This document shows, in pieces, positions 27,311 to 40,460 of a DNA stretch of 64,000 bases (positions are counted from its first letter, which is position 1; each line of letters begins with the position of its first letter). The DNA is from Lama glama (taxonomy: Eukaryota): NCBI GenBank assembly GCA_028534125.1, contig CM052816.1, positions 71,612,001 to 71,676,000 on the forward strand. The letters are read 5' to 3'. A program made the position numbers and the translations under genes. Under the pieces are notes generated by a model. It was not told the origin of the DNA. It saw only the letters and a list, made by a program, of their open reading frames with translations, and searched no databases.

Positions 27311-27952
27311 TGGAGGGCAACAATCGTCACTAATACTTCATTGCACCTAAACAGTATCATTTTTTGAGGACATGGAGGGTTTGCTTTTCAAGGAAAACAT
27401 TATTCATGATGTCAAAAAGCAACATTTAAAACTTCTTAAGTTTTCCCTCATTGCATGTCAACAATAAAATCTTCTTTGTGAATATGCACATCTAAATTAA
27501 GTTTTGGTATGCAAATTACTCATGAAGTCAATTTTAATATAACTGTGTCCATTTCCACGAAATCTGAGATACTGGGCAAATTTTTTTTGACTGGAGGGTA
27601 CCTTCCTCTTCTGCAAAATGGAATGAATTTATCTTACATGTTTGTAGATGAGAAAGACAAACAATGTTAAGAGGAGCATCTGTCCTGATGCCTGGTACAC
27701 AGAAGACAACCAGTAAATAATAGCTAGAGTGAAAGAGTTTAGAAAGCCAGGTGCCCATAAGTCTTATTTTAGTGACGAGAAGGAAGCACCATTGCTTATC
27801 TGCCTCACTCTTGGTTCCTAATACTGACTTACTATTCAAACGTATGACTATTTTACTAATAGCAAACTTCAACTGTGTTAATGATTCAAAAGCCTGTCTG
27901 ACTTTCCCTTACTTCATATCCATTCATGTTGGATATAAGAATACATGCTATG

Positions 27953-28557
27953 CCCAATGTTCACAGCAGCGCTATTTATAACAGCCCAGTCATGGAAACA
28001 ACCTAAACGTCCATCGACAGATGACTGGGTAAAGAAGATGTGGGGGGGGGTGTGTGTGTGTGCGTGTGTGTGTACACAATGGAATACTACTCAGTCATAA
28101 AAAAAGAATAAAATAATGTCATTTGTAGCAACATGGATGGACCTGGAGATCATCATTCTAAGTGAAGTAATCCAGAAAGAGGAAGAAAAATACCATATGT
28201 TATCACTCATATATGGAATCTAAAAAAAAGACATAAATGAATTATTTACAAAACAGAAACAGACTCACAGACATAGAAAACAAACTTATGGTTACCAGAG
28301 GGGAAAGGGGCTGGGAAGGAATAAATTGGAAATTCAAGATGTGTAGATACTAACTACTATATATAAAATAGATAAACAACAAGTTTCTACTGAATAGCAC
28401 AGGGAACTATATTCAATATCTTGTAGTAACCTATAATGAAAAAGAATATGAAAAGGAATATATGTATGTGTACGTATGACTGAAACATTATGCTGTACAC
28501 CAGAAACTGACACAACATTGTAAACTGACAATACTTCTTTAAAAAAATTTTTTTAAA
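27953..28557 (+). mobile_element. 5'-truncated young LINE-1 with decayed 16 bp target-site duplication
   Basis: L1 ORF2 end and 3'UTR (gcaacatggatggacctggagatcatcattctaagtgaagtaa...tatgctgtacaccagaaactgacacaacattgtaaactgac) plus A-rich tail; flanks aagaatacatgctatg (27937-27952) and aagagtatgtgctatg (28558-28573). Confidence 0.93.
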
Positions 28558-30699
28558 AAGAGTATGTGCTATGAATCAAAGGCTACAGATCAGAACAGAA
28601 GCCTTGATCCATTCAGCCTAAGACCTCTAAGCACAGTTAGAACATTCCTAAGCTCAGGAGAATGTGTCACAAAAGTTGTCATTTGCACTCGGTGTCATCT
28701 AGCCACCCATCTTGCTTACCCACAGCTTGCTATAGAACAAATTAGTTCAATGCCAGGAGGTCTGGGGACTCTTGTAGAGTGTCCAACAGTCATGAATTTA
28801 CTCTGGCATGTTTCTTTTTGAGACATTTCACTGCCTTTGTGCCTTAGAATGCAGACCTTTGCGTAACTCTACAGCTGTCTAGAATATGTGCTTGTGTATT
28901 CTTGCTAAGCAATAGTGAGTGATTCAGGCTGCCATTCTGAGATAGTGGGCAGTAGGGAAGAAAACGCTTCTCATTAACTCTCAAGTATAAAAATAGAATT
29001 ATCATCATTTATTTTGAAGAGAAATGGTTTTTCCCTCTAACCAATTGGTTTCAGAAAGCCACTCTCCTGAAAACAAATGTAGTTTGGATGGCTGTGGCAT
29101 TTTTTTCCCACAAAAACAATCGAGACTTTGACAAACGACAGCTAATACCAAGTGATATCAAATTAATCTAGTTATAAGAGGTGAATTACATTTTCACTAT
29201 TAATATAATTTGTACATGATGTGCATTTTAGAAAGTGCATGAGATGAACACAAATGATATTTCATTCAGGAAAAAAAAATCAAAGATTATATTAGAAAGC
29301 TTTTTTTATGCCGATTCTGGATTCCACACACATACACAAAAAGAATAACTAAAACCTTTATCATTAGGAAACTGTCTTCATTTTATTGTTTGATGCACTT
29401 TAACATAATACCAAAATTAGGGCTCAGGGAGGGAAAAAAAAAGATGGAATCCCTATCATTCTAGGGGAAAAGAGCTTTAAAGAAATCATCATGACTAAAC
29501 ATTTGCAAAACTAAGTATTTCGACTGCCCTCACTGAAGTCTTTTGCTTTATCTTTCCACACGTCTCCACACTATACCTTGTGCACTTACCCATTAGATGA
29601 GTGTTTTCTTTCTATTTCCTTTGACCCTCAAAATCAAGTAAGCCCTTCTCTTCTTCCTCCATTCATTCCTACCTCTACCAAAGATTTTATGTTTTATCTT
29701 CTTGTGTATACTCCAAAGTATTGGATAGGGGATAATTAAATCTTTTCAAAATTATTTTAACTATCAATAATAACTAACTTAGTGCATTTGCACGTGTTAC
29801 TAGATTTAGTCTGTACTTCCCCCCCCAGAGGGCTTGCATTACAGGCAGACTTAGAGTGGTACACATACACCCTACCATTTCTCATAGAGCAAAGTGAAAC
29901 TAAGGGAAACTATAAATGTTTGGTAGGCACCCCTTCCATGAGAGGCACATCATGGCAGGTGTTATCACCAGCTTTGTCTTGCCACGAACACCTCTGTGAT
30001 GCCAAACCATATACCATCTGATTCCCAGTGTGTTCCAACTGGCAAAGCATCAGCTGGATGATGACTTTCAGTACAAAACATATGAAGACTGTTGCTTCTT
30101 GCTACTGGAGCTTCTAAAGTCCAGCTGATTTTTTTTTCCTTATTTGGTGTGGTTTTCAGAACTGTTGTTTTATTCAGAGTCTTTTCAGCTAAGTTTTCAA
30201 GAGTATGATACAGCCCAAAGAATATTACTTTCTGATGAAACATCATATATTCTAGCCTTCTGGCTGCAAAACTAAGCAAACTGCTAACCTCTCAAACAGT
30301 TTTTCAGCATGCCAATAGGCTTTTTCTCTGAGGTTTTTGCCTAGATTCTTGTAACTACTGGATAATTACTTCTCCGTACTCACTTTCTTTTGACAGCTTA
30401 GTTCTAGCCTCTGGGATTTTAACATCTAATTGGTTTGTCTGCTTAGATGGTGGATTCTTGAGTCTTCCTGAACTCAGAAAAGCAAGACAGCAAAAGGGTT
30501 TAAAAACATTTTCGGTAACTTTGTCCTCCAGAGCCCTCCTAAAACACAAGTACAGACGCTGGTTCTTCAGTCATTCTTCACAAACCTGGTAACTGGACTC
30601 AGTGAATACTTTGGTTATCAGAGCAGCGCTCTACAGAATCACCGCACTCAATAAATGTCCAATAACAATGGTGAAGAGTTAGATGAGCTATATTTAAAA

Positions 30700-31510
30700 T
30701 ATTTCCCCCTTAATTCCCCTTCTAAATCTGGCTTCCATCTTTGCCTCTTTATGGTATCCAATGATCTCCATTCAGCCAAGTTCAAAGGCATTTTCTCTGT
30801 CCTTATCTTCCTTGATCTTTCTGATGTATGGGGCACAGCTTTTCATACCTGCTCCTTTGAAGACTTCTGGCTTCAGTTCCTGAGACATTTCTATTGTCAT
30901 TTATTTTTCTTCATCACCACCCTGATCTCTCCACTTAGTTCTCACATTTCTAGGTCTTTCTTTTTCCCTTATACCTTTCCAGTCACTTTTCTTCCAAACA
31001 TATCTTTGATGAATTACTGTTTTCTTTGTGTCTTCCTGCTTTTTTTTTATTCTGAAGAGATTCTTTTGTTTTCACTAAGTTATATAAGTTAATAATTTAC
31101 AGATACCTCTCTAGCATTGATCCATTTCTTTCTGCACATCAAGGACACATTAAAACTCAAAGACAGTTTCAGTATAGAATTGATACTGTACACACATGAT
31201 CTATTTCTACTTTTTCAAGTGCTCACCATCTCTTCAAAAGTCACCTCTTCTGGGAAGTCTTACTTGGTCACTCTGCCTCAAATTCTGTCCCCTTTTTTAT
31301 CTGCTTGACTTTTCTTCATAGTATCTACCACTGCTTTCACTGTAGCGTGCATTTATTTGTACGTCATTTGAGCGCATCACAAAGATACAAGCTTCACGAA
31401 AGCCTCATGTTTACTGCTATACAGCCAACAAATAAAATAGTACATGGCATGAAGTAAGCACAAGATAAACATTAGAATGAGGTTAATGAATGAGTGATGA
31501 AGTAAGTGAA
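30700..31510 (+). mobile_element. LINE-2 fragments
   Basis: tccaatgatctccattcagccaagttcaaaggcattttctctgtccttatcttccttgatctttctg; 3' tail ttaatgaatgagtgatgaagtaagtgaatg near 31490. Confidence 0.65.
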
Positions 31511-31594
31511 TGCATGATTCGTTCAGAATCTGTCATTCAGATTCAAAACCTGAGAATCATCCTTGATTTCCTACTACCTCAATGCTGTAGTCCG

Positions 31595-32020
31595 TATCTT
31601 GTTGCATTAGGGTAAGGCGAGGCTGCTGTAATAAACAGGCCCAACAATAATTCAGTGGCTTAAAGAAGAGAAAAAATTATTTCCCACTTGGAGTTTGAGC
31701 TGTTTCAGACTGTTGGGCAGCTCCATTCCCTGAAGTTATTTAGGACATTAGTTATTTCCATCATGCCATTTCACTTTCATCTTCTGTCCAGTTAAAACTG
31801 GATTTTCACGGGTTCCAGCCAGACCGAAGGAAAAAGAGACCATGAATGAAGAGCATCCCCAAGCCTAAAATAACGTACATTGTTTCTGCTTAGATTCCAT
31901 TGACAAGGATGTGGTCATGTAACTCCTACACCTTTAAGGGAACCTGGGTCATGAGCCTATCCAAGTGCTTATGAAAAAGGGAAAAACCGATGTGGATCAG
32001 ACAACTGCCAGTCTCCTCCC
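31595..32020. mobile_element. Probable MaLR (MLT1-type) LTR
   Basis: tgcattagggtaaggcgaggctgctgtaataaac...cagtggcttaaa; tttctgcttagattccattgacaag...gtcatg. Confidence 0.55.
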
Positions 32021-32641
32021 TATCAGTCAACTTCTCAGAGTATTTCTCAGACTTACTCCTTCCTCTTCCTGCCAAATATAAAAAGGTCCATCCCCTGCTT
32101 GAACCACTGTGATCCTTGACTTGCTATTTTTCTAGCCTTTACTCTTTCATCTCACAAGCTTATCTCATTCCAAAATCCAAGTGACTTTTCCAAATTATAG
32201 CTGTCATTTTTAATTTGTTGTCTCAAAACGCTGCGGCTAGCACTTCCCACATATGTCAAGTCGAACTATCTGTTACGATTTCAGTGCCCGTTGTCCTCCA
32301 CAACGTCATTGGGGTAAAGGAGAAAAAGATCTCCAAAAGATAAATGAGCCTGGCACTAAAGACATACGCTAGGCCACATTCATGTGTCTGTCTATCCTAG
32401 AGTTTCGTAGAAAGGAGTCTTAAATTTTCAGTTACATGACATCACAATTTTTTTTTCTCCAAGGCCTTGTATGTGAGTGACTTTCAGATTAGTGTTTGAT
32501 GATGGAATTGAAAAGTCACAAAATAAAACTATGACCAGGACTTAAAAACAAACCTGTGTCACTAGAATATTAACATAAGCAATTAAATTCCCTCGAGAAA
32601 TAATTTCTTTATCATCTTTTTGTAAAAGCCCATCTTTAAGG

Positions 32642-33113
32642 CAAAGGTTCTTACTATGTGATCTGGGGGCCTCTGAGGGGTTGTCTCTGAAACCTTTCCA
32701 GAGGTCGAAACTCTTTTCATAATAATCTTTACCTTTTTAATTTCGTCCTCTCACAACGGACATGGACTTTTCCAGAGGCTACAGGATGTGTGATGTGTCC
32801 ACAGGTTGAATGAGGAAGCAGATAAGAAAATTAAGCTGCCTTCTATTAAGCCAGATATTTAAAAGATGTGCCAAAATAGAAGAAACACCACTCTTCCTAC
32901 TCAATTTTTTGTTTAGTAATCTATACTTATTTTTCACACAAAAAGTAATTTATGTGATCAGATACATTATTTTTAAAAATATTTCAAAATCATCACTTTT
33001 CACTTATACAGTAAACACTGATAAATATAACTCATAAACAAAAACTTTTGGAGCGCCTCCATAATACTGAAGAGCTTTAAGGGGTCCTGAAATCAAAACG
33101 TTTAAGAGTCACT
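32642..33113 (+). mobile_element. hAT-Charlie (Charlie1-like) deletion derivative
   Basis: Left end caaaggttctt...gaggtcgaaactcttttcataataat; right end aaggggtcctgaaatcaaaacgtttaagagtcact. Confidence 0.7.
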
Positions 33114-35803
33114 TACTGAAGGAGATAAGTTACAGTTTTGCTAGTTTACTGTAGCCGCTCACTTCGCCATTCAGCATCCCCGCCCCTCCGTTCCTAGACA
33201 TAAGGAATGTGGACTTCACTAAAAACGTCTATAAAATAGTTCCCATTCTCTGATCTAACGAAGTCTTCACTGAAGTCATCAAGGACAAAGTATTACTTCT
33301 TTGATGTTCTGCTCTTACACATATGAAGGAAAGATGAGGGAATTGAGAATGGTGCTGAGAAGCAGGTAGAGAGGTCATTAGGAAACTGGGCTCGGCGGCT
33401 CTCATGCATAACTAATGACTGTAAAGTGCTTTGCAGATAGAAAAGTGTCATGTCATGGCAGAAACAACCACTATGCATCTCTGGCTGGAGGAGAAACTGC
33501 CTCCTTCCTTGATATTCCCTACAAAGGAGAGTTAAATTATTCTTAGTCTGCATAGCGATTTTAGCAGATTTTAACTTGAATAACCAAAACAACATTCATG
33601 ATGAACAGCATTCATCATTTATATTCTTGGACCATCACTCAATTCTGTAAGGTTACAGATTCTATTCTAACACCAGCCACTTAGCTTTGCCCTAGAGAAA
33701 ACTCTATGCCACGGCCAAAGGCCGTGATAATACACATTACAAATGCACACATTTATCCACAAGAATGATTTCATAGAGTCCATCGCCACTACAAAACGAA
33801 AACAAATAAACAAAGCATCACTCAAATTCCAGTAAATAATTCATTGGAAGCAAGTTCCTAGATGGTGAGTAAGCGGGATATAACCAGCTTTGGTCCTGGA
33901 TGTCAATGGTAGAGAAGCTGTACTATGTGCCTGGCAGGAATATTTCTCAACTCTCCAGTAACTAATAAGGGCTACTCCTAAAATTCTAAAAGGTGGGGAA
34001 AACACTTTCAGGCCTTTTAAAAAAAAAAAATGGCACTTGTTTTTAAAGCCAGTTCTCATCCAACCACTTTCTATGCTCATTTTCACCTGTGAGACTAATA
34101 TCTTATCTAGGCCCAGATGTGACTGAAATTACTTCTTAGGTCATTCTGGCCTTGACATACTTGTTACGAAGACATTGCTGGGTAAAATAGCTCCAAGCCC
34201 TGCTCTACAAATGACACATAAGGACACTGTCTACTAACATTAACGAGACTTATGAATCCATGATGGGACAAGAGAACTAAAAGGTGAGTTTTTATTGGTC
34301 AGATACGATCCTTTACCCAAGTGTTCAACTTCTGGTAAATAGGTAGAAATTTGGCCAGGCATGGCAGAAGATGCCAGAGTACCTAGTGTATCTGAAGTTA
34401 CAAAGACTTCAAGGATACAGCATAGTCTTAAAAACAGGAAATACACTTTATTACAAAAACAAAATTTGAAATAGTAATCTCTAAAATGTTTCCATACATT
34501 ACTGAAGGAAGTAAATGAATGACTTCAGAAGTTACTAAGCATTTTCATTCTTCAGAAACAGATACTCAGTTTCATTCTCCAGAAACTGAGAAATAATAAT
34601 GTATCTGCCACATTTAATCTTTAGACATCAGCATTCATTGTTAGTGGAAGCAAATTACTGTAGTTCACAAATAAAGTCACTCATTTTGTTTTATGAATTT
34701 AACCTTAAATGTTATTTAGGCTGCTAGGCTATTTTTACTTCAAGAATTTCTTCTTGAGAACTTATATCTTGAACTACTGATATCACATTTTAAACAACTA
34801 TCAGTTACATTCTGTAAGTTTAAAATGAGATTTTAACTATTTGGCCCATAACTATTTTCTTCCTTTATTGTTTAAAATATAATGTTTCAAAGTACGTATC
34901 TTCTTTTCACAAATATAATGTTTTTCTACTTCCTGCTAGTTCTTTCCCAAAGTCAGATATACCTTTTCCTTTGCTAAACCTGTTTTTACAGTAAACCTCC
35001 TGCAATAGAATAAAAACAAATTAATATTTGTCCTAATAAGTATTTATTAAAACGTTTAAGACAAAGCATGTTTTTTTTACCCAGATGTGGGCATTATTTT
35101 CTTTAGTATTGGGAAAAAACTTATTTAAAACCGAGACTGTAAGTAATCTAAATTAGCAAAATAACTGCAGAACAGAACCTGCACAAGTAGCATTTTGCCA
35201 GTCGTGTCTTTACTGTGCTTTGAACAACTGTTTAGTGCATGATGTTACAGAACTGCGAAAAAATAAGATGTAACATTTTGAAAAAATTAATTAAAAGGCT
35301 ATTGAAAAAAAGTAAAATCCTTCATAGCCCTTAAAAGTTCATTCCCACCATATTTTGCCTTATCATATTCAGTGGCCTGTCTAGTATTATCTCCATATAC
35401 CTGCTAAGTTTAACAAGTTTCAAACAACACATTGTATTTGTGACAGGTCAAAATAAACAGCAACTCTTACCCATGAGAAAAAAAAAAAAAGTCAGAGCCT
35501 GAGTTACAGTTAAAGATTATTTTCCGGAGAAGGAAAAAAAAATTAAGCTCCCTACCAAAATTCTTTGATTTCCGAAAACTTGGTTTTTGTCTTGTTTTGC
35601 TTTTTTTTGTTTTTTAATTTGACACATTTGCAAGACTGGGACCAGACAGGGAAGAGCATGACGTGAATCTATCTGTCCTACCTCCAAAACGGGGAGATGA
35701 TGGTGTGTGTATTACTGCCACATGAAGCGCATAACCAAATTACTCTGACCTCCATTGATGGTTAGTTTTCAAACAGAGGCAGTATCATCCATTCCGTGCC
35801 AAT

Positions 35804-35804
<1 letters not shown>

Positions 35805-35840
<36 letters not shown>
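35805..35840. repeat. (AC)18 microsatellite
   Basis: Direct reading. Confidence 0.96.
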
Positions 35841-35842
<2 letters not shown>

Positions 35843-36129
35843 TGTTTGCAAACTAGAAGAACAGTGACTAACAAGATGTAACTAAAAACTCTCTTCTTTT
35901 TGAAACAAGAGAAAAATTCCACAGGGAAGGACCCGAATTATAATTAACTTAATCGTACTCAATTAATTTGAAATGTAAGCCGCAAAATCCTGATGGTAAA
36001 TCCCCAAGCTTGGTTGTCATTCCAAAAAGGGCACTGCAAGCTCTGTCCCAATGGTCCCCTCGCTCCCAGGTGGAGGGAAGTGCCAGTCTCTCTGTGGTGG
36101 AAGCCAGCTGGGGAATCAAGGAAGACTTC

Positions 36130-36830
36130 CACGGTGTTCCCAGTGAAGTGGTCACGGAAACACGGGCAAGTCACGCCACTATGCGCTTGCTGGGAAAGAA
36201 AGAGCGCTCCGCGGCTCAGGGACACTCTGTCCAAGATGGTGACGCATCTTTCTCGGTACATGGTGGGGGGAGGGGGGGGAAGAAGCTTATTACTGAACTA
36301 AATGTTTTTATTGATCGCCCTTGAGTCAGAGCCCACTGACCCCGCAAGCCGTAAGTGGCTATAGCGCAGAACTGTCATTTCCAGGCAGCAGGAGGAGATA
36401 CGGGATTAGCTCAGGACACCTCGCGCTGAGCTTGCTCCCACAGTCCCTTCACCCCCGCGGCCTCCGGGGCTGCGAATCAAGATGCGGGCAGCGCTGGGGT
36501 CTCCCGCAGGCCCTGGCCGGGACCGCGCCAGACCCGCTGGCCGTGCGCGCTGGCCCGCGGGGATCCCACCCGGCATCCGAGGCCCGCCCGCCACGCGGAA
36601 ACGAAGGACTGCTCTGCGGCCCTCCCTATTAAACAACAAAGCGAGCTGTAAACCTCAGGTGCTGTGTTTGTTGTGCCGTCTGCGCCGTGCGGTGGCTCCG
36701 GCCGGGGCGAGCCGAGCGCAGTGGGCCGGGGAGCGCCTCTTCGGCTGATTCCAGGGAAAGATAAGGAGCCGCCGAGCCACCAGCTCTGTCTAGACTCGCG
36801 ACCTCACAAGTCAAGCGCCTTGTTTGGATT
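36130..36830. promoter_or_regulatory. Orphan CpG island ~4.5 kb downstream of ISL1
   Basis: Very CpG-dense 36400-36800 within an AT-rich background; no recognisable coding exon. Confidence 0.7.
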
Positions 36831-39800
36831 AGCCCTCCAGATCTGCCAACCTGATCAACCCCTGAAAGAGAAGGGCCCAGCAACACCCCTTTTTCCTCCC
36901 CCGGACCACGACTGTCCCTGCTTTACGGGATCAAGGGCTGACTTGCCCGCGGGAGTCACAGGGCTGGTTAGACCAGTGTCGGGTCCCCCTTCCTAGCACC
37001 CACCCACCCCAAACCCGAGTGCAGCTGGGCTCTGCCTTGCCCGCTGGACCTGGCAAACACATCAGAGGGGAGAATCACTAGGAAGATAGGAAAAATAAGT
37101 TGCCAACACAATCAAATCCACAGATAGCATCCCCGAAGAAATGAAAACTAACTTTTGCTCAATGGAAGGGAAAGAGGATCCCAGGCGAGGAGAGGGCCGA
37201 GCGGAATCTAGCATAGAGCTGTCGTACAGCACAGGTCAAGGTGCCTTTCTTACCCTGCAACTTTCCCTCCAAATCCAGGCGTTCACCCCTTTGGGGGTAA
37301 AAAATGTTTTTTTTTTTCCCCAGAACGCTTTGCTTATCATTGCTGAGCGCTTTTGCAGAGGCATAATTAAGCAGAAAGATATGCAAAATGAATGTTAAAA
37401 ACCTTTTTTAAAAAAATCAAGTAGTCTTAAGTGCGGCTCCGGGCAGAGACTGGCTTCTCCAAGGTACAGAAACTGGCTTCTCAGAGCCAACAGATTAAGC
37501 GCCATAAAAATTAAAGGATGTGATAGTAACAATGCTCACAGAAAACACTCAGCAGCCTTCCCTCCCGCCCCTCCCCCTCCTTCGCTCCCTGTGAACCAAC
37601 TTCTCTGTCTACACTTCAGAAGTCTCCAGGAGGTGTGGAGAGATCCTCCATCACGACTTGGGACATTGTAAGCTGTGAAGTTTATGTTTGTGGCGCCTAG
37701 GCTCAAACAGCCATTCAGTGGCTTACTCAGTTATCAAGAAAACAACAATCAGAAAAGATCAGTAAACAGAATTGGCTGCCAGCGCCCTGAATTAACTACT
37801 TGCATATTAGTTTAAAAACAGCGACTCACACTGTACAAGTTGATTGTCTTTATTTTAAATAGTCAACGAGAATTCAAGATTTGGGGCCCTTTTCGAAAGT
37901 AACACCTAAAATAAAGGCACACACAAAAAATTCCTTCCTCCTTTCTCCCAGCACCCCTAAAGAAAATTTGACCCGCCTTGTTGTGACATAATCTTTAATT
38001 GTTGATTAGCAGCAAAGAAGTAAATAGTCCTTAATGAATAGAACTCAAGCATAATTTGGATTATAAATCTCCTTTAGAAAAGATGACTAGACTGAACTTT
38101 ACAGATAAGAAAATAAATACTTTCTGCTTAGATAGTTTACTTGTATTACAGGGGAGATTAAACCCAAACTGGCTGGGTCCCGTCCAAACTTAGCTCTTCT
38201 GGTGGTTTGAACTTAGTTTTTACTTTTCGTCGTTTTTTTTTTTTTTAAGAAAAAGGAAAAGGCTAAGTAAATCCACATGGGACTTACAAGAGATATTTCA
38301 ATGAGATCGATCTTATGGCTTAAAAATTCAAGGTGCTAGGAAAATGCCAAGCACTTCAAGGTACCTTAAAAGCACATTGTATCTTTTTGGCTTTTAGTCA
38401 AAAGGATAAGATAGACCAGAAAGTAGGTCAATAAGAGTTGAACAATTTCATTGGGGTGAATAGCACCAGAGCATCACTAAGTCACCTATTTAATCTTGAA
38501 TTACAAAAAAGTTGTGAATTGGTAAGTGGGTACACCCACACAGAATCTCAAATAACCAGAAAAAAATTTCTTCCAATATGATTCTACCTTAGAAAGAACC
38601 TTTTTTAACGGTAAGAAAATCCAGGTCCCTTGATGAAAGGGAAAGACAGAGACAATAAACTGAAATAAGAGGATGTTATTGCTCTGAAACAATAGGTGGA
38701 AAAAATCCTGTCTTTTTTTAAGAGTATAGATGTTGATATGGATTCCCTGATTTAAGGAGAGCATCCTGGATGTTTTTAGTTGCATTAAATTTTAGCTTGC
38801 AGAAGCTGGAGGAAATGAGTCATAATGTCCAGAAGGAAGAATTCAGAGTAATAAGGGGAGGGAGGATCAAAGATAATAGCAAACAGAAGGAATTTCATTT
38901 GAAGAACACAGCTCAAAACTTGGTCTCCAGAGGTGTGCAGGGAAAAGGAGAGTATGTGCAAAAGATGGTTTGCAAACAAGAAGACATTTCAGCTACACAT
39001 TTTAGAGCACATGCCGAGGAGTCTAGAAGGGAACACGCCTTTCATATGAATAATACAAGAACTGGAATGCTATTGACCCATCAATCCATTCTCAGCCATC
39101 AAGCGACAAATATCTTGAATCTAGCAAGTGAAACCAAATCATTCAGCACTTCCCTCCCAAATTACTGTACTTAAATTCGAGCTGTGGACTTCAGAATAGA
39201 CTGATATCTATATGCTTAAAACCTTATCTCTCGCCACCCCAAGCCCCCTAATCTTAGAAATAAATATCAGGATGAAAAACCATCACAAAAATGTGTGCCT
39301 CAATTAAGTCTCCACGTTGCATTCAAACCCTAAAGTCCCCCCCCCCATCTCTAGTTCCTGTTTTCAAAAGGGTCTTCTAAAGGCTATGCCTGGGGGAAAG
39401 GACTTAAAGGTTTCCAAACCAGGGCTTGGGCAATCAGTAACTTTGCACTTCTGACACCAATGTTCATGTTGGACCTGCCATCCTTGCACTTATTAGTCAG
39501 CCATCCCAGGAAGGATGTTGAGGAAAAAGTAAAGTTGAAAAGACAGGCGAATAGAAATTGGGAAGCTGAGGGAGTCAAGTCTGGTGCAAGAGATTAGAGG
39601 AGGGAGACGGGAGAGAAAAGAAAAAGAGAAGAAGCAAAAGGGGAGGGGGGGCCTTCCCGGAGAAGATCCATGTGAGATAAGACATAACTCCTGTTTTTCT
39701 CAACAGATGACTACAAGCCATTATTACCGCCGGCCAAATTATTACCCCTCTGTCAAGAATTAGACACAACAATCAAAGTAATCAACGGGCATGTCTAATG

Positions 39801-39899
39801 CACTGTAACATTTTCAGTGCAAAGTTTGTTTTCTCTCTGCCCCCATGTTAGAGCCTGTAATTAACCCGTTATGTAGAACGAGGCCAAACAAAAGCCTAA

Positions 39900-40460
39900 T
39901 TGAGGCTCGTTTCCCGACTTGCGGCAGGTTTGGAGAAGGCGAAGGCGACTTGAGAGCTGGGAAGCTGCGGGGCTCGCCGGTCTCCGGCCCGGCCTCCGCC
40001 CTGCTCCCCGGCAGGGGCCCGAAGGGGCGCACGCCACGAGACACACGATTAGGTACTGCAGCTTTCGAATTTATTACGAGTTGTCAGACATTTAAACCGG
40101 TATTACAGTCGCGCGGACAAATGCATTCAGTTTCTAAAGAGCCGAAGCAGCATCCTGGGGTGGCGGTGGGAAGAGAGAGGACAGGGTGGAGCCCCAAGTC
40201 CTAACTCTACACCCACAAACGAACCGAGAAGCCTGATTTCGGGCAAGGACATTTATCCATCCCCAGGTTCTGGCTCGGGCACAGGAGCTACTGCTAAATG
40301 GCGGGGGAGGGGGTGTTAGGGCGCACGTCCCCGAAACTCCGACCGCCGCCGGGGGGCCGCCGGGGCAGGCGACCCGGACCTCTGCTCACTAAGGCGGTTC
40401 CCGACAGAACCTCCGCCGCGGTTCTCCGCCCCCACCAGTCACCCTCCTGAGGTTTCTGCA
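39900..40460. promoter_or_regulatory. CpG island just downstream of the ISL1 3' end
   Basis: CpG-rich blocks at 39940-40040 and 40300-40430. Confidence 0.65.

Noticed and set aside
39141..39160. TTCAGCAC, REST/RE1-like left half-site
   Set aside because: The GGACAG right half is missing.
38770..39174. 134 aa plus-strand ORF downstream of ISL1
   Set aside because: No recognisable domain or supporting gene structure.
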